The position numbers and the translations under genes are program-made. 36,533 nucleotides of DNA from a virus, in UHGV virus genome UHGV-0135234; one strand, written 5' to 3'. Under the pieces are notes generated by a model, which saw only the letters and a program-made list of their open reading frames with translations, did no database searches and was not told the DNA's origin. This document shows, one piece after another, positions 7,779-17,019 of the stretch; position 1 is the first letter of the stretch, and each line of letters begins with the position of its first letter.

Positions 7779-8890
7779 CGATCACAAAACAACGGGTAGA
7801 AGAAATCATATCCCGCATTGAAATGTATGGGCATGGTGCAGGGTATACCGCCGAAGAGGTTTATGACCTGGCTGTACTGGCGATGAATTTATCAAATATC
7901 GCAAACCTGAAGCGATACGAGCTTGATATGGAAGGTTGCGACTCGTGCGGTCAGGATTGTGGCGCTGACATGACTGAAGATTCTGATGGCGATTATGTCC
8001 TGTTTGATGACGTGGTTAAGTTGTTTGATTTTGATACAACCACTCAGAAGTTAGAAAGCCCAGCAAAGGAGGCAACCAGGGAGCAAGATGATTATCAGGC
8101 ACTGCGTGCTAAGGCAGAAAAAGCAACGTGTGGTGAGTGGTCGCTCGAATATGGAAAGGGCCGATTTGATGGTGATGATGCGCTAATTCATCGTGAAGTT
8201 GCTGGATATATTCCCATTTGCAGAATTGAAGGAGCGCATCCTGAAAGCGGTTTCGATGAAGATTTCCAAACTGAACAGCAGGCCAATGCTGAATTCATCG
8301 CCGCAGCCAATCCGGCTACTGTGCTGGCGCTTCTGGATGAACGGGAAAGAAACCAGCAATACATCAAACGCCGCGACCAGGAGAACGAGGAAATTGCGCT
8401 AACGGTAGGGAAGCTGCGTGTTGAGCTGGAAGCAGCAAATAAGCGCATAGCAGAACTGGAAGCCGAACCTGTAAGCCAAGCTTACAACTTGGCAGAATTA
8501 ATCGAAGGCATGGAAGTTTCCATTGATGTAAGCACTTGTGATGCTGATTTAGGTAATCGCTATTTCGGCACCGTCACTGAGGCGTTAGAACTTGATACGG
8601 CCAAGAATGGTTACATCCTCCTGGTTCAGGACGCAGAGCCAAACTTCGATGTAAATGGCAACTATCCGGTAACTCCGGATGGTTGGATAAGCTGTAGTGA
8701 TCTAATGCCGGAAGACACCAAAATGTTACTGGCATTTAGTCAAGGTGAAATCGTGGCAGCATATTGGAACTGGGTTGTAAATCCAATTGATTACAAAAAA
8801 TATAGAGCTTTCACGTATTTATCAGGAAATATCTTGGATGACGTAACTCACTGGATGCCGCTACCAGAGCCGCCGCAGGAGGCGAAATGA
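7775..8890 (+). CDS. Ead/Ea22-like protein with C-terminal DUF551-like region
   Basis: 371 aa; central block (EWSLEYGKGRFDGDDALIHREVAGYIPICRIEG...ANPATVLALLDERERNQQYIKRRDQENEEIA) typical of Ea22-like proteins; C-terminus ...WMPLPEPP. Confidence 0.65.
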   Translation: MTITKQRVEEIISRIEMYGHGAGYTAEEVYDLAVLAMNLSNIANLKRYELDMEGCDSCGQDCGADMTEDSDGDYVLFDDVVKLFDFDTTTQKLESPAKEATREQDDYQALRAKAEKATCGEWSLEYGKGRFDGDDALIHREVAGYIPICRIEGAHPESGFDEDFQTEQQANAEFIAAANPATVLALLDERERNQQYIKRRDQENEEIALTVGKLRVELEAANKRIAELEAEPVSQAYNLAELIEGMEVSIDVSTCDADLGNRYFGTVTEALELDTAKNGYILLVQDAEPNFDVNGNYPVTPDGWISCSDLMPEDTKMLLAFSQGEIVAAYWNWVVNPIDYKKYRAFTYLSGNILDDVTHWMPLPEPPQEAK

Positions 8891-9081
8891 TGGATGTAAA
8901 AGAGAAGGTTTTGCAGGTGATGCGTTCCCGGGCAGCCCTGCAAGATAAAGCTCTCGGCGGGGAATATCCATTCAGGATGGCAACCTGGAATTTGCGGTTG
9001 GCAATGGAGAAGGAATTTCCTGATGAAGAATGGCGTTCGGCAGATTTGCGCAAAATTCTTATGGAGCTGGCTAAAGACTGA
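8887..9081 (+). CDS. hypothetical phage protein
   Basis: 64 aa; ATGA-coupled to upstream gene; GGAGG SD. Confidence 0.5.
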   Translation: MMDVKEKVLQVMRSRAALQDKALGGEYPFRMATWNLRLAMEKEFPDEEWRSADLRKILMELAKD

Positions 9082-9146
9082 GCAGTATCCAAAGATACCT
9101 ATGCCAGCCGGATTGGTCAGGCGGTATGGAGACTGGAGGTGCGGTA

Positions 9147-9428
9147 ATGGCTAACCTGCAACTTGCAGTCAAAGGTGAATACTTCGATGCCATGATTCGC
9201 GGAGAGAAAACGGAAGAGTATCGCTTGTGTAATGACTACTGGAATAAGCGCCTCGTTAACCGTAAGTATGACCGCCTGATTATCACAAAGGGATATCCGA
9301 AGCGCGACGATTCCAGTCGTAGAATAGACGCCCCGTATGAAGGGTATGAAATCAAGACAATCACACATCCGCACTTCGGCGATAAACCGGTAAATGTGTT
9401 CGCGATAAAGGTAAATATTGATGGCTAA
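9147..9428 (+). CDS. ASCH-domain protein
   Basis: ORF 9126..9428; ATG at 9147 with GGAGGT SD; LAVKGEYFDAMIRGEKTEEYR matches ASCH hallmark. Confidence 0.6.
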   Translation: MANLQLAVKGEYFDAMIRGEKTEEYRLCNDYWNKRLVNRKYDRLIITKGYPKRDDSSRRIDAPYEGYEIKTITHPHFGDKPVNVFAIKVNIDG

Positions 9429-9759
9429 ATCAGCAGCAGAGCGCAAAGCCGCTCAGAGAGCCAGACAAGCTGCATCTGGTGTGCGTAAGCTGGAAATTGT
9501 GCTTGATGCTCAGGAAATTGAAATGCTGGAGCGTAACTGTGCCACGCGTCGCCCCGGGCGTGCGCCTTACGAATTTGGTGAGTATATAGCGTTATTGATC
9601 CGCCAGGATGATGCACGCGTGCACGGGCGTATAAAATCGATCAGCAGAAAACGTTGCGGTAAGTGCGGCGAGAGAGTTCCAGTTAATTCATGCCCGTGTA
9701 ATGGTGACTCGCAATGCTGGGTGACTAAAGGCTGGCATGAAACGAAATTAATAGTGTGA
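9421..9759 (+). CDS. Cys-rich small protein (possible zinc-binding regulator)
   Basis: 112 aa; C-terminal CGKCGERVPVNSCPCNG; last gene before packaging operon. Confidence 0.5.
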   Translation: MAKSAAERKAAQRARQAASGVRKLEIVLDAQEIEMLERNCATRRPGRAPYEFGEYIALLIRQDDARVHGRIKSISRKRCGKCGERVPVNSCPCNGDSQCWVTKGWHETKLIV

Positions 9760-9808
9760 CATGTTACGAGTAGATTATGCATGATGAATTTGATGGGTTT
9801 TGAATACT

Positions 9809-9834
9809 GCCGCCAACTATGGCGGCTTTATTTT
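9809..9834 (+). terminator. rho-independent terminator upstream of terS
   Basis: gccgcc-aactat-ggcggc followed by TTTATTTT. Confidence 0.65.
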
Positions 9835-9845
9835 GCATGGTACTA

Positions 9846-9860
9846 TTACCACAACGGTAA
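9846..9860. promoter_or_regulatory. operator palindrome TTACC-N5-GGTAA upstream of terS
   Basis: ttaccacaacggtaa; preceded by TACTAT -10-like hexamer; direct repeat CTATTACCAC at 9843 and 9861. Confidence 0.55.
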
Positions 9861-9877
9861 CTATTACCACGGTGGTT

Positions 9878-10474
9878 ATGATGCCTGCTGAACCTAAAAC
9901 CTATAAACGCAAATCAACGCAATTTAAGCCGCTCACAGCAATGCAGGAGGCTTATTGCCAGTCATACATCAAAACGCCTGAAAACCAGACTCAGGCAGCG
10001 ATTAACGCAGGATTCTCCCCAAATACAGCGGCAGTTAAAGCCAGTGTCATGATGCGCGATGAACGCATTCAAAAACGGATTGCCGAGTTGATGGAGGAGC
10101 GCAACAAACGAATGCGCGTCAGTGCTGATTACGTTCTCATGCGCCTGGTGGAGATCGACCAGATGGACGTGATCGACATCCTCAACGACGATGGTAGCCT
10201 TAAGCCAATCCGCGAGTGGCCGAAAATCTGGCGCACTACGCTTAGTGGCTTTGATCTGTCATCGACCATCATGAACATGAACGAGGATTCGATAGAGACA
10301 ATCCTCAAAAAAATTAAATGGCCTGACAAGGTGAAGAACCTCGAACTGATTGGTAAGCACGTCGACGTCAACGCATTCAAAGAACGCCTGGATGTTAATG
10401 TGAATGTGACAATTGCTGATCGCATAGCGGCAGCCAGGAAGAGACTGAAAGAACGTCAGGATGGCAATCAGTGA
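9878..10474 (+). CDS. terminase small subunit
   Basis: ORF 9800..10474; ATG at 9878 or 9881 (upstream part contains the terminator); pattern resembles small-terminase family (QEAYCQSYIKTPENQTQAAINAGFSPNTAAVKASVMMRDERIQKRI). Confidence 0.75.
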   Translation: MMPAEPKTYKRKSTQFKPLTAMQEAYCQSYIKTPENQTQAAINAGFSPNTAAVKASVMMRDERIQKRIAELMEERNKRMRVSADYVLMRLVEIDQMDVIDILNDDGSLKPIREWPKIWRTTLSGFDLSSTIMNMNEDSIETILKKIKWPDKVKNLELIGKHVDVNAFKERLDVNVNVTIADRIAAARKRLKERQDGNQ

Positions 10475-11946
10475 CAGATACAGCGTTATCTCCTGAAGAG
10501 CAGTTAATCGAGGATATTGCAGGGTTCACTCACGATCCGCTTGGCTATGCCCTCTATGCGTTCCCGTGGGGGGAAGAGGGTACTGAACTGGCACATGCCA
10601 CCGGTCCACGTCAGTGGCAGGCCGATGCGTTCCGAGAGATACGTGATCACCTGCAGAATCCAGAGACGCGATATCAGCCGCTTATGCTGGCACGCGCTTC
10701 TGGTCACGGTATTGGTAAATCCGCATTCATCTCAATGCTGATCAACTGGGGCATGTCCACTTGCGAGGATTGTAAGGTCGTGGTGACCGCCAACACCGAC
10801 AACCAGCTACGAACGAAGACCTGGCCGGAAATTATCAAGTGGTCGAACCTTGCCATCACGAAAGACTGGTTTACCTGTACCGCTACCGCGATGTACAGCA
10901 ATGATCCTGGGCACGACAAGCGGTGGCGAGCTGACGCAATCCCCTGGTCTGAGCACAACACTGAGGCATTCGCCGGACTACACAACGAGCGCAAACGCAT
11001 CATCGTGGTTTTCGACGAAGCATCCAACATTGCCGATCTGGTGTGGGAGGTAGCAGAGGGTGCGCTGACGGACGAAGACACCGAAATCATCTGGGTGGCG
11101 TTCGGGAACCCGACGCGTAATACCGGGCGTTTCCGCGAATGTTTCCGCAAATATAAACACCGCTGGAAGTGTGCGCAGATTGACAGCCGGACGGTGGAAG
11201 GCACTAACAAACAGCAGTTGCAGAAATGGGTTGATGACTACGGGGAAGACAGCGACTTCGTTAAAATCCGTGTGCGCGGCATATTCCCTGATGCATCTGA
11301 ATTGCAGTTTATCCCTACCGGTCTTACTGATGAGGCAATGAAACGGGTGGTAACCGCTGCGCAGGTGGCGCATGCTCCGGTGATAATCGGTGTTGACCCG
11401 GCATATTCAGGCGTTGATGACGCGGTGATATACCTGCGGCAGGGGCTACACAGTAAGGTGCTGTGGACTGGCAACAAGACTACCGACGATCTGATTATGG
11501 CGAAGCGTATCGCTGACTTTGAAGACCAGTATCAGGCTGACGCGGTGTTCATCGACTTCGGTTACGGAACCGGTTTGAAGTCAATCGGTGATGGCTGGGG
11601 GCGTACATGGCAACTTGTTCCGTTCGGCGGTGCGTCCACTGACCCGCAGATGCTTAACAAGCGTGGGGAGATGTTCAACTCATGTAAGACATGGCTGAGG
11701 CTGGGCGGCATGCTGGATGACCAGGAAACTGCAGACGACCTGTCGGCGGCAGAGTACAAAGTTCGCGTGGACGGTAAAATCGTTATCGAACCGAAGGAGG
11801 ATATCAAGGAGCGGCTTGGGCGTTCGCCGGGTAAAGGCGATGCGCTACTGCTGACGTTTGCGTTCCCTGTGTCGAAGCGTCTGCGAATTCCCGGGCAGCA
11901 GAACCAGCAAGGCAAGGCCATCACAGATTACGATCCCTATGCTTAA
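10471..11946 (+). CDS. terminase large subunit
   Basis: 491 aa; GTG start overlapping terS stop (GTGA); Walker A-like ASGHGIGKS; position and size. Confidence 0.85.
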   Translation: MTDTALSPEEQLIEDIAGFTHDPLGYALYAFPWGEEGTELAHATGPRQWQADAFREIRDHLQNPETRYQPLMLARASGHGIGKSAFISMLINWGMSTCEDCKVVVTANTDNQLRTKTWPEIIKWSNLAITKDWFTCTATAMYSNDPGHDKRWRADAIPWSEHNTEAFAGLHNERKRIIVVFDEASNIADLVWEVAEGALTDEDTEIIWVAFGNPTRNTGRFRECFRKYKHRWKCAQIDSRTVEGTNKQQLQKWVDDYGEDSDFVKIRVRGIFPDASELQFIPTGLTDEAMKRVVTAAQVAHAPVIIGVDPAYSGVDDAVIYLRQGLHSKVLWTGNKTTDDLIMAKRIADFEDQYQADAVFIDFGYGTGLKSIGDGWGRTWQLVPFGGASTDPQMLNKRGEMFNSCKTWLRLGGMLDDQETADDLSAAEYKVRVDGKIVIEPKEDIKERLGRSPGKGDALLLTFAFPVSKRLRIPGQQNQQGKAITDYDPYA

Positions 11947-11997
11947 TCCGCTGGTGGGGATAATGTCGTTGATATCCTCTGGTGAGGATAAAACAAA

Positions 11998-12023
11998 GCC
12001 AGCTCATAGGCTGGCTGTTTGTG
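11998..12023. terminator. bidirectional terminator between convergent terL and Gp49-like gene
   Basis: gccagc-tcatag-gctggc hairpin; T-rich on minus side (TTTGTTTT). Confidence 0.5.
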
Positions 12024-12032
12024 ACATGTCAC
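12021..12032. repeat. 12-bp palindrome GTGACATGTCAC (copy 1)
   Basis: Perfect palindrome abutting terminator and stop of Gp49-like gene; identical copy at 29532..29543; near copy at 9756..9767. Confidence 0.6.
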
Positions 12033-12036
12033 GGTG

Positions 12037-12417
12037 TTATTGCTCGCTTAGCTTCTGCTTCAGCAAGTAACCTTCGAGCATCCAGATTTTGTTTACAGCA
12101 TTCTGCCGGGCAATCTTCCGACCAATTTCTGCATCAAAGTTTTCCGGGCTTGCACAGGCGCTCTCTCCGGTGACGGTGAAGCCATTCTTCAGCACCAGTA
12201 CGCAGAAAGTGAGCAACTTCAATGGTGATAAATCACGATCGCCTTCTTCTGGTTTTTCCCTGCCACAATATTCGTTGCTGGAAATGGCACCATTACGTCC
12301 ATCATAAGCAGTAAAGTAATGCTCGCTTTTAATCACGTCTTCGATGTGCTGCGGAGTGATTCTCGGAGCGGTTTTGCCTTTCTCAACGATTTCTTTTTCG
12401 ATTTGCTGGTCGTTCAT
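12037..12417 (-). CDS. Gp49-like phage protein (unknown function)
   Basis: 126 aa; AAGGTG SD; reverse-oriented inside late region; conserved block LTFCVLVLKNGFTVTGESACASPENFDAEIGRKIA. Confidence 0.55.
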   Translation of the reverse strand: MNDQQIEKEIVEKGKTAPRITPQHIEDVIKSEHYFTAYDGRNGAISSNEYCGREKPEEGDRDLSPLKLLTFCVLVLKNGFTVTGESACASPENFDAEIGRKIARQNAVNKIWMLEGYLLKQKLSEQ

Positions 12418-12615
12418 AATCTCACCTTAAAAAAATGCCCGGCGAACCGGGCGAACTGGAAGCAATGAGTTATGCCTTCCGTGGCTGTACGGGTTTACAG
12501 CATGAAGTCATCGCAATGGCGTCCTGCTGTAAAAAGGGCGGTGATAGTCCTTCAAGGGAAACCATCACCGCCAAGCACCTGGAACTTCTGGCATCACGGT
12601 CCTTAGGCGTGATTC

Positions 12616-12692
12616 TGGCGTGGCATGCAGGATTCGAACCTGCGACCAACCGCTTAGAAGGCGGTTGCTCTGTCCAACTGAGCTAATGCCAC
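12616..12692 (-). tRNA. tRNA-Arg (anticodon UCU)
   Basis: 77 nt GTGGCATTAGCTCAGTTGGACAGAGCAACCGCCTTCTAAGCGGTTGGTCGCAGGTTCGAATCCTGCATGCCACGCCA; 7-bp acceptor stem, D-arm GCTC/GAGC, anticodon loop CTTCTAA, T-loop TTCGAAT, encoded CCA. Confidence 0.9.
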
Positions 12693-13021
12693 AACGCTGA
12701 GAGCACTGGTTTGGCTCGATATCAGGTAGGGTGGAACAGCCCGCTAATATCCAATGCTCTCATCGTTGTACCCTCGTCTCTTCCGAGGCGTCACACCGAA
12801 TCGCCGGGATGGTGAATCCCCGTGCGCGGAATAAAACCGCTCGACTTGCACATTCCGGCTACCTGGTTCGTTTGCCCGAGCAAGGGAGGGTGCCCCTTAA
12901 ACGTATCCAGACCGCTATCGGCGCATGTGCCATACGCCGTACTGCTCAAAATAAAAGCTCACTCCACCTGTTCAATTTAACGACAAGCCAGTCAGGTTAG
13001 TAACCGGAATGAACTCTTTGG

Positions 13022-13036
13022 TTACCTGAAAGGTAA
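13022..13036. promoter_or_regulatory. operator palindrome TTACC-N5-GGTAA upstream of head operon
   Basis: ttacctgaaaggtaa. Confidence 0.55.
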
Positions 13037-13126
13037 TAATTTGTGCGTTAAATGTCAACTATCTACGATAAATAAATCATATGTGGTTAAATTGGTAATA
13101 ATTTAATTGCGTACGGAGTCATTGAT

Positions 13127-13333
13127 ATGTGCATGGGTAGCTCACCATCAGTGCCTGCAACACCAGAAGTTCAGGCAGCACCACAGGAGCAGGATGCCGC
13201 CGTTGTTGATGCCCGCGACGAAGAAACTCGTCGCCGTCGCGCTGCTGCTGGTCGTAGTTCTACGCTGCTTACCGGTTCTCAGGGCGACACATCAACCGCT
13301 AATACCAGCGGTAAAACGCTACTTGGTCAGTAA
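13127..13333 (+). CDS. hypothetical small protein preceding portal
   Basis: 68 aa; same initiation context (cggagtcattga + ATG) as the portal gene. Confidence 0.4.
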   Translation: MCMGSSPSVPATPEVQAAPQEQDAAVVDARDEETRRRRAAAGRSSTLLTGSQGDTSTANTSGKTLLGQ

Positions 13334-13347
13334 CCGGAGTCATTGAA

Positions 13348-15027
13348 ATGGCGGAAACAACTAAAGAGCGATTGAACAAACAGTTCGCACAACTTGAAAG
13401 CGAGCGTCAGTCGTTCGAGCCGCACTGGCGCGAGTTGAGTGATTACATCAACCCGCGTGGTTCCCGCTTTCTGACTTCTGAGGTCAACCGTAACGATCGA
13501 CGCAATACACGTATTATTGATTCGACCGGGACTATGGCGGCGCGCACTCTCGCCAGCGGCATGATGTCAGGCATCACAAGCCCCGCGCGTCCGTGGTTTC
13601 GCCTGGCTACGCCAGATCCTGAAATGATGGATTATGGCCCTGTTAAGTTGTGGCTTGAGGCGGTGCAGAACCGCATGAACGATATGTTCAATAAGTCGAA
13701 TCTCTACCAGTCTCTTCCGCAGTTATACGGAAGCCTCGGCACATACAGCACCGGTGCAATGGCGGTACTGGAGGATGACGAGGACATCATTCGCACAATG
13801 CCATTCCCGATAGGCAGTTACTACCTGGCTAACTCACCTCGTGGCAGTGTGGACACCTGTTTTCGCAAGTTCTCTATGACTGTTCGTCAGCTTGTTCAGG
13901 AGTTCGGGCTAAATAACGTCAGCGAATCTGTAAAAAGCATGTGGGAAAGCGGCACCTACGAGAAGTGGATTGAAGTGATGCATTCGGTTTACCCGAACAT
14001 TGACCGCGATACATCGAAGCTGGATAGCAAGAACAAGCCATTCAAATCGGTTTATTACGAGGTTGGCGGCGATAACGACAAGTTGTTGCGTGAGTCCGGA
14101 TTCGATGAGTTTCCAATTATGGCTCCGCGCTGGGAAGTTAACGGCGAAGATGTTTATGGATCATCGTGCCCGGGTATGCTGGCGCTTGGACCTGTTAAGG
14201 CATTGCAGCTTCTCCAGAAGCGCAAGTCGCAGTTGATTGATAAAGCCACCAATCCGCCGATGGTTGCTCCGACTTCCCTCAAGAATCAGCGCGCCTCCCT
14301 TCTTCCTGGCGACATCACGTATATCGATCAGATTACTGGTCAGGATGGCTTCAGGCCTGCTTATCTGGTTAACCCCAGTACAGCAGATTTGGTGGCAGAC
14401 ATTCAGGACACTCGTCAAATCATTAACAGCGCCTACTTTGTCGATCTGTTCATGATGTTGCAGAACATCAATACCCGCTCGATGCCTGTTGAAGCGGTGA
14501 TCGAAATGAAAGAAGAAAAACTTCTGATGTTGGGGCCGGTTCTGGAGCGTCTGAACGACGAATGTCTTAATCCTCTCATTGACCGCGCTTTCTCGATGAT
14601 GGTGCGTAAAAACATGCTGCCGCCACCGCCTGACGCGATGGAAGGCATGCCCCTGAAGGTCGAATACATTTCCGTCATGGCTCAGGCGCAGAAGTCTATC
14701 GGCCTGTCCAGTCTGGCGTCCACGGTTAACTTCATTGGTCAACTTGCGCAAGCGAAACCAGAAGCTCTCGACAAACTCAACGTTGATCAGGCGATCGATG
14801 CATTCGCTGATATGTCCGGAGTGTCTCCAACCGTCATTGTTCCGCAGGAACAGGTTGAGCAGGCTCGCCAGCAACGGGCACAGCAGCAACAGCAGCAACA
14901 AATGATGGCGATGGGGATGGCGGCGGCACAGGGTGCCAAGACGCTAAGCGAAGCTAAAACTTCGGATCCGAGTGTTTTGTCAGCTATGGCGAATGCAGTT
15001 AGTGGTCAGGGTGGGCAATCACAATGA
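13348..15027 (+). CDS. portal protein (T7 gp8-like head-to-tail connector)
   Basis: 559 aa; C-terminal Gln/Met/Ala-rich tail (QQRAQQQQQQQMMAMGMAAAQG) like the T7 portal C-terminus; position after terminase. Confidence 0.85.
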   Translation: MAETTKERLNKQFAQLESERQSFEPHWRELSDYINPRGSRFLTSEVNRNDRRNTRIIDSTGTMAARTLASGMMSGITSPARPWFRLATPDPEMMDYGPVKLWLEAVQNRMNDMFNKSNLYQSLPQLYGSLGTYSTGAMAVLEDDEDIIRTMPFPIGSYYLANSPRGSVDTCFRKFSMTVRQLVQEFGLNNVSESVKSMWESGTYEKWIEVMHSVYPNIDRDTSKLDSKNKPFKSVYYEVGGDNDKLLRESGFDEFPIMAPRWEVNGEDVYGSSCPGMLALGPVKALQLLQKRKSQLIDKATNPPMVAPTSLKNQRASLLPGDITYIDQITGQDGFRPAYLVNPSTADLVADIQDTRQIINSAYFVDLFMMLQNINTRSMPVEAVIEMKEEKLLMLGPVLERLNDECLNPLIDRAFSMMVRKNMLPPPPDAMEGMPLKVEYISVMAQAQKSIGLSSLASTVNFIGQLAQAKPEALDKLNVDQAIDAFADMSGVSPTVIVPQEQVEQARQQRAQQQQQQQMMAMGMAAAQGAKTLSEAKTSDPSVLSAMANAVSGQGGQSQ

Positions 15028-15320
15028 CAGATTACGAAGACGATAAACTGAAAGAAGAAAACGCCCGTAAGCAACGTGACATGGCGCAGCGTGAAATTGA
15101 TGACATTCGCTTTGTCATGAGCAGTGAACAGGGGCGTCGCGTTGTCTGGTCGGTGCTGGAGAAAGGCCGTGTGTTTTCCGCTATCTCACCGATGGACGCT
15201 ATGGCAATGGCATTTAATGAGGGGCAACGCAATCTGGCGCTGGAACTGTTTCAGCGCGTTATGGCGCATTGCCCTGAACAGTATTTGAAGATGGCCAAAG
15301 AGGCCAGTGAACAGGAGTGA
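15024..15320 (+). CDS. hypothetical head-assembly protein
   Basis: 98 aa; ATGA-coupled between portal and scaffold. Confidence 0.55.
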   Translation: MTDYEDDKLKEENARKQRDMAQREIDDIRFVMSSEQGRRVVWSVLEKGRVFSAISPMDAMAMAFNEGQRNLALELFQRVMAHCPEQYLKMAKEASEQE

Positions 15321-15322
15321 TC

Positions 15323-16018
15323 ATGAATTTATTTGAGCGTTTGCTGTATCGCCGTCTTTGCAATGAGCAACCAGTCGATGGTGGAGCAGCTCCGGCTGCG
15401 TCAGAACCGTCAGCGCCTGCAGGTGATAACCCTGCTCCAGTTGGTGATCCATCACAACAGGAAGGTGATAAGCCACAACCTGTTGCTGATGGCGATAAAC
15501 CTGCTGATGACAAAAAGCCTGAAAACGATAAGCAGGATGAAAAAAAGGACGGCGATAAACCAGAGGGTGCGCCTGAGAAGTACGAGTTTCAGGCAGCCGA
15601 AGGCGTAGAGCTGGATACAGAAGCGTTGAAGGAATTCGAGCCGGTGGCGCGAGAACTTAACCTGACCAACGAGCAAGCGCAAAAGCTGGTTGATGCTTAT
15701 CCGAAGATTCTGGCAGGTGTTCAGCAGCGCCAGGCAGAAGCCTGGCAGAAAACAACCGAGCAGTGGGCTGCGGATGTAAAAGCTGACAAAGAAATCGGTG
15801 GCGACAAGTTGATTTCTAACCTTAGCGCCGCACAGCGTGCGCTTGACCAGTTCGGGACACCTGAACTCAAAGAATATCTGAACACCACCGGGCTGGGTAA
15901 TCACCCTGATCTGGTCAAAACGTTCGTGAAAATTGGAAAGGCGATGTCTGAAGATGGCATGGTCACCGGTGGTAATGAAGGCCAGCGTAGTGCGGCCGAA
16001 GTGCTCTATGGCAAATAA
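15323..16018 (+). CDS. scaffolding protein (putative)
   Basis: ORF 15317..16018 (GTG); ATG at 15323 with AGGAG SD; acidic, low-complexity Pro/Asp/Lys-rich N-region; directly precedes capsid gene. Confidence 0.65.
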   Translation: MNLFERLLYRRLCNEQPVDGGAAPAASEPSAPAGDNPAPVGDPSQQEGDKPQPVADGDKPADDKKPENDKQDEKKDGDKPEGAPEKYEFQAAEGVELDTEALKEFEPVARELNLTNEQAQKLVDAYPKILAGVQQRQAEAWQKTTEQWAADVKADKEIGGDKLISNLSAAQRALDQFGTPELKEYLNTTGLGNHPDLVKTFVKIGKAMSEDGMVTGGNEGQRSAAEVLYGK

Positions 16019-16026
16019 GAGAGGAA

Positions 16027-17019
16027 ATGACAATGGCTGTTAAAGGCTTAACTGCGCTAACGCTGGCTGACTGGGGTAAGCGCGTCGATCCAAACGGGAA
16101 AGTCGATAAGATTATCGAGCTTCTCGGTCAAACTAACCCGATCCTTCAGGATATGCCTTTTGTCGAAGGGAACCTTCCTACCGGACACCGAACCACCATT
16201 CGTTCTGGTTTACCTTCAGCTACCTGGCGTTTGCTGAACTATGGCGTACAGCCAAGCAAATCAACCACAGTGCAGGTAACCGATTACGTTGGCATGCTGG
16301 AAACCTATGCTGAAGTCGATAAGTCACTGGCTGATCTGAACGGCAATACCGCCGAATTCCGCCTGTCTGAAGACCGCGCATTTATTGAAGCGATGAATCA
16401 GCAGATGGCGCAGACGCTGTTTTATGGTGATTCCAGCGTTAACCCTCAGCAGTTTATGGGACTGTCCTCCCGCTATTCCAGCCTGTCTGCGGGTAATGCT
16501 CAGAACATCATTGATGCTGGTGGCACGGGTACAGATAACACCTCAATCTGGTTAGTGGTGTGGGGCGAAAACACCGTGCATGGCATCTTCCCGAAAGGGC
16601 AGAAGGCTGGCATTCAGATGGAAGATAAAGGCCAGGTGACACTGGAAGATGCTAATGGCGGCAAGTACGAAGGCTACCGTACCCATTACAAATGGGACAA
16701 CGGACTTGCTCTGCGTGACTGGCGTTATGTTGTTCGCATTGCAAACATCGATGTCAGCAATCTTTCAGAACCTTCCTCTGCCGCAAATATTGCGAAGTTG
16801 ATGGTTAAAGCACTGCATCGCATTCCAAATCGTGGCATGGGTCGCCCGGTGTTCTACATGAACCGCACTGTAGGCCAGGCTCTTGATCTGCAATCTCTGG
16901 AGAAAACATCTCTGGCGATCAGCGTAAAAGAGACAGAAGGCGAGTGGTGGACTTCATTCCGTGGTGTACCAATCCGTGAAACTGATGCGCTTCTGGAAAC
17001 AGAAGCCCGCGTGGTGTAA
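16027..17019 (+). CDS. major capsid protein
   Basis: 330 aa; strong SD GAGAGG; follows scaffold; followed by stem-loop 17036..17055. Confidence 0.8.
   Translation: MTMAVKGLTALTLADWGKRVDPNGKVDKIIELLGQTNPILQDMPFVEGNLPTGHRTTIRSGLPSATWRLLNYGVQPSKSTTVQVTDYVGMLETYAEVDKSLADLNGNTAEFRLSEDRAFIEAMNQQMAQTLFYGDSSVNPQQFMGLSSRYSSLSAGNAQNIIDAGGTGTDNTSIWLVVWGENTVHGIFPKGQKAGIQMEDKGQVTLEDANGGKYEGYRTHYKWDNGLALRDWRYVVRIANIDVSNLSEPSSAANIAKLMVKALHRIPNRGMGRPVFYMNRTVGQALDLQSLEKTSLAISVKETEGEWWTSFRGVPIRETDALLETEARVV

Noticed and set aside
12435-12686. 83-aa plus-strand ORF overlapping the tRNA
   Set aside because: Overlaps the tRNA-Arg on the opposite strand; tRNA structure is far better supported.
12731-13000. 89-aa plus-strand ORF between tRNA and head operon
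   Set aside because: No SD, GTG-only start context and atypical composition; likely non-coding.
14161-14901. 246-aa minus-strand ORF inside the portal gene (and similar antisense ORFs, e.g. 15452..16033, 22367..22984, 18587..19276, 6956..7516)
   Set aside because: Fully embedded antisense to well-supported structural genes, low-complexity or His/Arg-rich translations; typical shadow ORFs.
14870-14910. CAG/CAA repeat tract in portal gene as a slippage or phase-variation repeat
   Set aside because: Imperfect codon-level repeat encoding a poly-Q tail similar to the T7 portal C-terminus; no homopolymeric or exact tandem repeat.
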